Below, in pieces: positions 7,029-10,591 of a stretch of DNA of 10,591 nucleotides. The notes below the pieces were generated by a model. It ran no database searches, was not told the DNA's origin, and saw only the letters and a list, made by a program, of their open reading frames with translations. Both the position numbers and the translations under genes were made by a program. The stretch is taken from positions 1 through 10,591 of the forward strand of contig JAWCLA010000027.1 of NCBI GenBank assembly GCA_039091855.1. The letters are read 5' to 3'. This DNA is from Candidatus Aenigmatarchaeota archaeon (GTDB lineage: Archaea; Aenigmatarchaeota; Aenigmatarchaeia; QMZP01). The first letter of the stretch is position 1, and every line of letters begins with the position of its first letter.

Positions 7029-7511
7029 ATGCGAAGGATAAGAAAAAAATTCAAGAGGCCGAAAACCCCTTGGAATATGGCAAGGATAAAGGAAGAAAGG
7101 AATCTCATGAAAGAGTATGGTCTAAGGAGAAAGAAGGAGATACTTGTTGCGCATGAAATACTTAGGAATTACAGACAAAGGGCAAGAAGACTAATAGCCG
7201 AAAAGGACAAGGAAAAGGAAAGGATTCTGATAGATAAAATGGCAAGGCTTGGGTTGCTTACAAAAAGGGAGAGCACGCTTGATGACATTCTCGCTCTTGA
7301 CATAAGAAATGTCCTTGACAGGAGGCTTCAAACAATTGTTTTCAGGAGAGGTATTGCAAAAACCCCTCTTCAGGCAAGACAACTCATAGTCCATGGTCAC
7401 ATCTCGGTTGCGGGAAGAAAGACAAAATTCCCTTCCTACATTGTCCCTGTTGAAGAGGAGAGGAAGATAGTGCTGATTGAGACAATCAAGCCACAGGAAG
7501 AAGTTAAGTGA
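7029..7511 (+). CDS. rps4: 30S ribosomal protein uS4 (archaeal type)
   Basis: P..PW...RI.EE..L..EYGL..K.EI, LD.IL.L, RRLQT.V...G.A.T..QARQLI.HGHI (S4 domain); SD AGGAG at 7020-7024. Confidence 0.97.
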   Translation: MRRIRKKFKRPKTPWNMARIKEERNLMKEYGLRRKKEILVAHEILRNYRQRARRLIAEKDKEKERILIDKMARLGLLTKRESTLDDILALDIRNVLDRRLQTIVFRRGIAKTPLQARQLIVHGHISVAGRKTKFPSYIVPVEEERKIVLIETIKPQEEVK

Positions 7512-7516
7512 TATTT

Positions 7517-7966
7517 ATGGCAGAAGAAAAAGGTTCTGAGAATGGAGAGATTCCTGCTGAAACTGTTCAGACAAGACAGCAAAAAGGAAGGTGGGGGGTC
7601 GCCCACATTTACTCTTCAGAAAACAACACGATTATTCACATAACAGACATAACAGGAGCGGAAACCATAGCGAGATGCTCAGGGGGGATGGTAACAAAAA
7701 GAGACAAGGACAAAGGAGCCCCATTTCCTGCTATGCAGGCTGCAAGAAAGGTTGCGGCGGACGCACTTGCAAAGGGAATAACAGGCGTGCACCTAAAAAT
7801 AAGGGCACCGGGCGGGCACAAAAAGAGAATACCCGGGCAGGGAGCGCAACCTGCTATAAGGGCACTTGTGAGGGCAGGGCTAAGGATTGGAAAAATAGAG
7901 GATGTTACACCAATTCCCCATGACACTACAAGAAAGCCTGGTGGAAAGAGGGGAAGAAGGGTATAA
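7517..7966 (+). CDS. rps11: 30S ribosomal protein uS11 (archaeal type); ATG 7517 preferred over GTG 7508
   Basis: [54 protein letters not shown] and GG.RGRRV motifs; GTGAT at 7508-7512 is SD-like. Confidence 0.97.
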   Translation: MAEEKGSENGEIPAETVQTRQQKGRWGVAHIYSSENNTIIHITDITGAETIARCSGGMVTKRDKDKGAPFPAMQAARKVAADALAKGITGVHLKIRAPGGHKKRIPGQGAQPAIRALVRAGLRIGKIEDVTPIPHDTTRKPGGKRGRRV

Positions 7967-7981
7967 GTAAATCGTGATAAT

Positions 7982-8977
7982 ATGGCTAAAGGTCATAAAC
8001 CTGTTGCTGGATCGAGAGGGTTCTGGCCAAGGAAGAGGGCAAAGAGGATTTACAGCAGCTTTAAATCTAACATCACTCCAAAAGAGGCTGTGCCACTTGA
8101 TTTTGCAGCTTACAAGGCTGGAATGACGCAGGTTATAGAAATGGATAACAGGAAGACTTCTGTTACCCACGGGCAGGAGGTTGTAAAGGCAGCCACTGTT
8201 CTCGATTGCCCACCCCTTTTTGTAATTGGAATAAGAGTTTACAAAAAATCAAGGTATGGAATGGAAAGTATGGCTGACGTTTTGGCAGAAAAACTGCCAA
8301 AGGATTTGGCAAGAAAAACTGGGATTCCAAAAAACCCAGAGACAAAAAAACGGATTGATGTTGTTGAGAAATCACTCGACAAGGTTGTGGACGTCAGGCT
8401 TATTGCATGCACAAAGCCAAGGGAATCTGGAATAGGAAAGAAGAAGCCAGAGCTTTTCGAGATATGCCTCGGCGGTGAGGTTAGTGACAAATGGAACTAT
8501 GCGAAACAGAGGCTTGGCAGTGAAATAAAGGCTGAGGAGATATTCAAGCCAGGTGATTTTGTTGATGTCAAGGCTGTTACAAAGGGGAAAGGCTATCAAG
8601 GCCCTGTCAAAAGGTTTGGTGTGAAAATCAGGGGGAGGAAACATACAAAAAAAAGAAGGCACATAGGAAACCTGAGCGCCAGGAACGTTGCGAGGGTTCT
8701 GCCCGGAAAGATTGCTTTTGCAGGACAGCACGGCTTCCAGACAAGGACAGAATACAACAAGAGAATTCTAAAAATCGGGTCTGACGGTAAGATAAACCCA
8801 GACGGCGGATTTGTAAACTATGGGTTGGTGAAAGGACATTACATAATTCTGGAAGGCTCTGTTCCAGGCCCGAAAAAAAGGCTAATTATGCTAAGGAGAG
8901 GCATAAGAGCCCCGGAAAACAGGAAGGAGCCTGTTGAGCTAAAAAAGGTGATATTGGAAAGCCAGCAGGGTGTTTAA
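7982..8977 (+). CDS. rpl3: 50S ribosomal protein uL3 (archaeal type, divergent)
   Basis: GS..F.PRKRA, YKAGMT, KKKPE..E, DV.AVTKGKG.QGPVKRFGV, AGQ.GF.TRTEYNKRIL, P.GGF..YG.V and GSVPGP.KRLI motifs; SD-like GTGAT at 7974-7978. Confidence 0.97.
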   Translation: MAKGHKPVAGSRGFWPRKRAKRIYSSFKSNITPKEAVPLDFAAYKAGMTQVIEMDNRKTSVTHGQEVVKAATVLDCPPLFVIGIRVYKKSRYGMESMADVLAEKLPKDLARKTGIPKNPETKKRIDVVEKSLDKVVDVRLIACTKPRESGIGKKKPELFEICLGGEVSDKWNYAKQRLGSEIKAEEIFKPGDFVDVKAVTKGKGYQGPVKRFGVKIRGRKHTKKRRHIGNLSARNVARVLPGKIAFAGQHGFQTRTEYNKRILKIGSDGKINPDGGFVNYGLVKGHYIILEGSVPGPKKRLIMLRRGIRAPENRKEPVELKKVILESQQGV

Positions 8978-9178
8978 ATGGCTATTATAGGAATTTTAAC
9001 AAAATCTCCTGTTTCTGACATAGATACGATAGAAAAAGTTCTCTATGAAATTGGAATAGAAGGTGGTTATAGCATTGGGAGAAAAGGAAATATGATTGAA
9101 ATAGATTTACCTGAAATATACAAAGACTTTTTTCTGGAAAGGTTTAAAGAATTTGGAATGAATATAAAAACTGACTGA
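8978..9178 (+). CDS. Hypothetical 66-aa protein, predicted small alpha/beta (ferredoxin-like) fold
   Basis: ATG directly follows the rpl3 TAA; SD-like GGGTG at 8968-8972; fills the gap up to the DUF763 promoter; amphipathic pattern looks protein-like. Confidence 0.65.
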   Translation: MAIIGILTKSPVSDIDTIEKVLYEIGIEGGYSIGRKGNMIEIDLPEIYKDFFLERFKEFGMNIKTD

Positions 9179-9181
9179 TGA

Positions 9182-9188
9182 TTTTAAA
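9182..9188 (+). promoter_or_regulatory. TATA box for a probably leaderless DUF763 transcript
   Basis: TTTTAAA ends 20 nt upstream of ATG 9209; no Shine-Dalgarno before the ATG. Confidence 0.5.
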
Positions 9189-9208
9189 CCCCTTAACAAT
9201 TACTTTTT

Positions 9209-10309
9209 ATGAAAAGAACGGGAATATCAGACCTGCCTCTTCATAGTGGAAAGGCCCCTCCGTGGCTTTTCAGGAGGATGGTTAAGCTCGCTGGTGGAAT
9301 AACGGAAGCCATAATTCTTGAATATGGACAGGATGAATTCCTTAGAAGAATATCAGACCCTTATTGGTTTCAGGCATTCGGCTGCGTGTTGGGTTTTGAT
9401 TGGCACAGCTCAGGAGTTACCACTACTGTTACAGGAGCTTTGAAAGAAAGTCTGAATCCAGAAGTTGCTGGTATTGGTTTTGCAGGCGGAAAGGGAAAGT
9501 TATCAAGAAAAACCCCTTATGAAATTTTGAGCATAGGAGAGAAGTTCTCCTTAAGCACAAGGCAGATAGAAAGGATGCAGTACTCGAGCCGTATGTCAGC
9601 CAAGGTGGACAGCACAGCAATTCAGGATGGATATCAGTTATACCACCATTTTTTTGTTTTCACCGAAAAGGGCAAATGGGCCGTTATCCAGCAGGGAATG
9701 AATCCTGAAAAAAGATATGCAAGAAGGTATCATTGGCTTTCCGAGAATGTCCAGAGTTTTGTCGAGGAACCGCACACGGGTATAGCCTGTGATTCAAAGG
9801 AGAAAGAGGTTCTGGATATGACTTCCAGAAAAAGCAGCGAGGCAAGAAAGATTTCTGTCGACGTCTTGAATGACACAAAGGATTTCTCAAAGCTTTTTAG
9901 TGGGCAGTCTGTTTTGGTGGATTTCCTTGGAAGCAAACCGAGGATTTTGAGTATGCCGAAAACCCATTTTATCTTAAACATGGGAAAGAGGGATTTGGAA
10001 ACCTTAAACAGGGCAAGAGAGATACAGCCTGAAAACTATGAGGAGTTTCTTTCTATTCAGGGAATAGGTCCTAAAACAGTTCGCTCTCTTGCTCTAATCT
10101 CAGAAGTTATTTATGGCAAGCCGCCAAGCTGGGAAGACCCTGTGAAATTCTCATTCGCTCACGGCGGAAAGGACAGGATTCCATACCCTGTTGACAGGAA
10201 AACCTATGACAAGTCAATAGAAATACTAAGAACAGGCATAGAGCAGGCAAGGCTCGGTCAAAGGGAAAAGCTATCAGCCATAAAAAGGCTTGGCGAGTTT
10301 TACGGGTGA
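9209..10309 (+). CDS. DUF763 family protein, 366 aa
   Basis: DLPLH.G.APPWLF.RM, DP.WFQAFGCVLGFDWHSSG.TT, SAKVD....QDGYQLYHH, W.VIQQGMN, ARRYHW, HhH-like GIGPKT.R.L and FAHGGKD..PYPVD motifs. Confidence 0.93.
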   Translation: MKRTGISDLPLHSGKAPPWLFRRMVKLAGGITEAIILEYGQDEFLRRISDPYWFQAFGCVLGFDWHSSGVTTTVTGALKESLNPEVAGIGFAGGKGKLSRKTPYEILSIGEKFSLSTRQIERMQYSSRMSAKVDSTAIQDGYQLYHHFFVFTEKGKWAVIQQGMNPEKRYARRYHWLSENVQSFVEEPHTGIACDSKEKEVLDMTSRKSSEARKISVDVLNDTKDFSKLFSGQSVLVDFLGSKPRILSMPKTHFILNMGKRDLETLNRAREIQPENYEEFLSIQGIGPKTVRSLALISEVIYGKPPSWEDPVKFSFAHGGKDRIPYPVDRKTYDKSIEILRTGIEQARLGQREKLSAIKRLGEFYG

Positions 10310-10325
10310 ATGCTTTTAGAAACAC

Positions 10326-10568
10326 TCACTGGCTCTCGTAAAATATGAAATCCACAAAAAAAGTGGCTATAAAGATTGTTGCCAAGAGTCCTATTATCAG
10401 GAGAACAGGAATCCATACTTCAAGCCTGTATGCAAGGGAAAAATATATTGCCACAAGAAAAAGAGCAATTATCAATAAAAGTGCGCCAAGGACTATTGCC
10501 TTCTCTTTAGGGGGATGCGTCCTCTCCCTGAGGTGTTTCTTTCTCTCCTCCTTTGTCCATTCTGCCAT
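10326..10568 (-). CDS. Small hypothetical membrane protein (2 TM helices), 80 aa
   Basis: Basic N-terminus followed by two long hydrophobic segments; convergent with DUF763 (16-nt gap); AGGT upstream on the minus strand. Confidence 0.65.
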   Translation of the reverse strand: MAEWTKEERKKHLRERTHPPKEKAIVLGALLLIIALFLVAIYFSLAYRLEVWIPVLLIIGLLATIFIATFFVDFIFYESQ

Positions 10569-10591
10569 AAGAATATTTACCTGAGAGGGCT

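Noticed and set aside
7508..7516. GTG start for rps11
   Set aside because: GTGAT is better explained as the rps4 stop plus an SD for ATG 7517; the same motif precedes rpl3.
8647..8654. A8 tract in rpl3 (also A8 at 8344-8351 region and T-runs in tyrS) as slippage or phase-variation sites
   Set aside because: They encode Lys-Lys in intact frames of essential genes and are expected in this A-rich coding sequence.
387..10584. Many 60-120 aa alternative-frame or antisense ORFs (e.g. 2974..3312, 7591..7923, 8372..8731, 6446..6676, 10345..10584)
   Set aside because: They overlap well-supported genes and show no recognisable motifs; they are shadow ORFs.
1..10591. CRISPR array, IS/transposase, integrase, intein or defence island
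   Set aside because: No spaced direct repeats, terminal inverted repeats, recombinase motifs or large in-frame insertions seen; all recognised proteins are of normal length.

Overview
Compact, gene-dense archaeal chromosomal window. A DPANN lineage such as Aenigmarchaeota is my inference from the divergent uS4/uS11/uL3 sequences, the HIAQ-type TyrRS and the very short intergenic gaps. Gene order: a hypothetical resembling a bacterial family (+); a tandem tyrS-trpS pair (-); radB (+); AMMECR1 coupled to a small Cys-rich DUF6485-like gene (-); a DHH/DHHA1 phosphoesterase and an orphan 4-TM membrane protein (+); a rearranged ribosomal operon rps13-rps4-rps11-rpl3 plus a 66-aa orphan (+); DUF763 (+); and a 2-TM protein (-). 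I see no tRNA, rRNA, CRISPR array or mobile element. Most interesting: (1) a ~115-nt structured, possibly switchable or pseudoknotted 5' leader before rps13, a candidate undescribed archaeal ribosomal-protein leader; (2) an operon in which rpl3 occupies the rpoD slot and an AT-rich orphan occupies the rpl4 slot; (3) a uL3 lacking the conserved WHP 'tryptophan finger'; (4) a bacterial-type hypothetical in an archaeon; (5) the AMMECR1/Cys-rich microprotein pair. All family calls come from motif recognition by eye; no searches were run.
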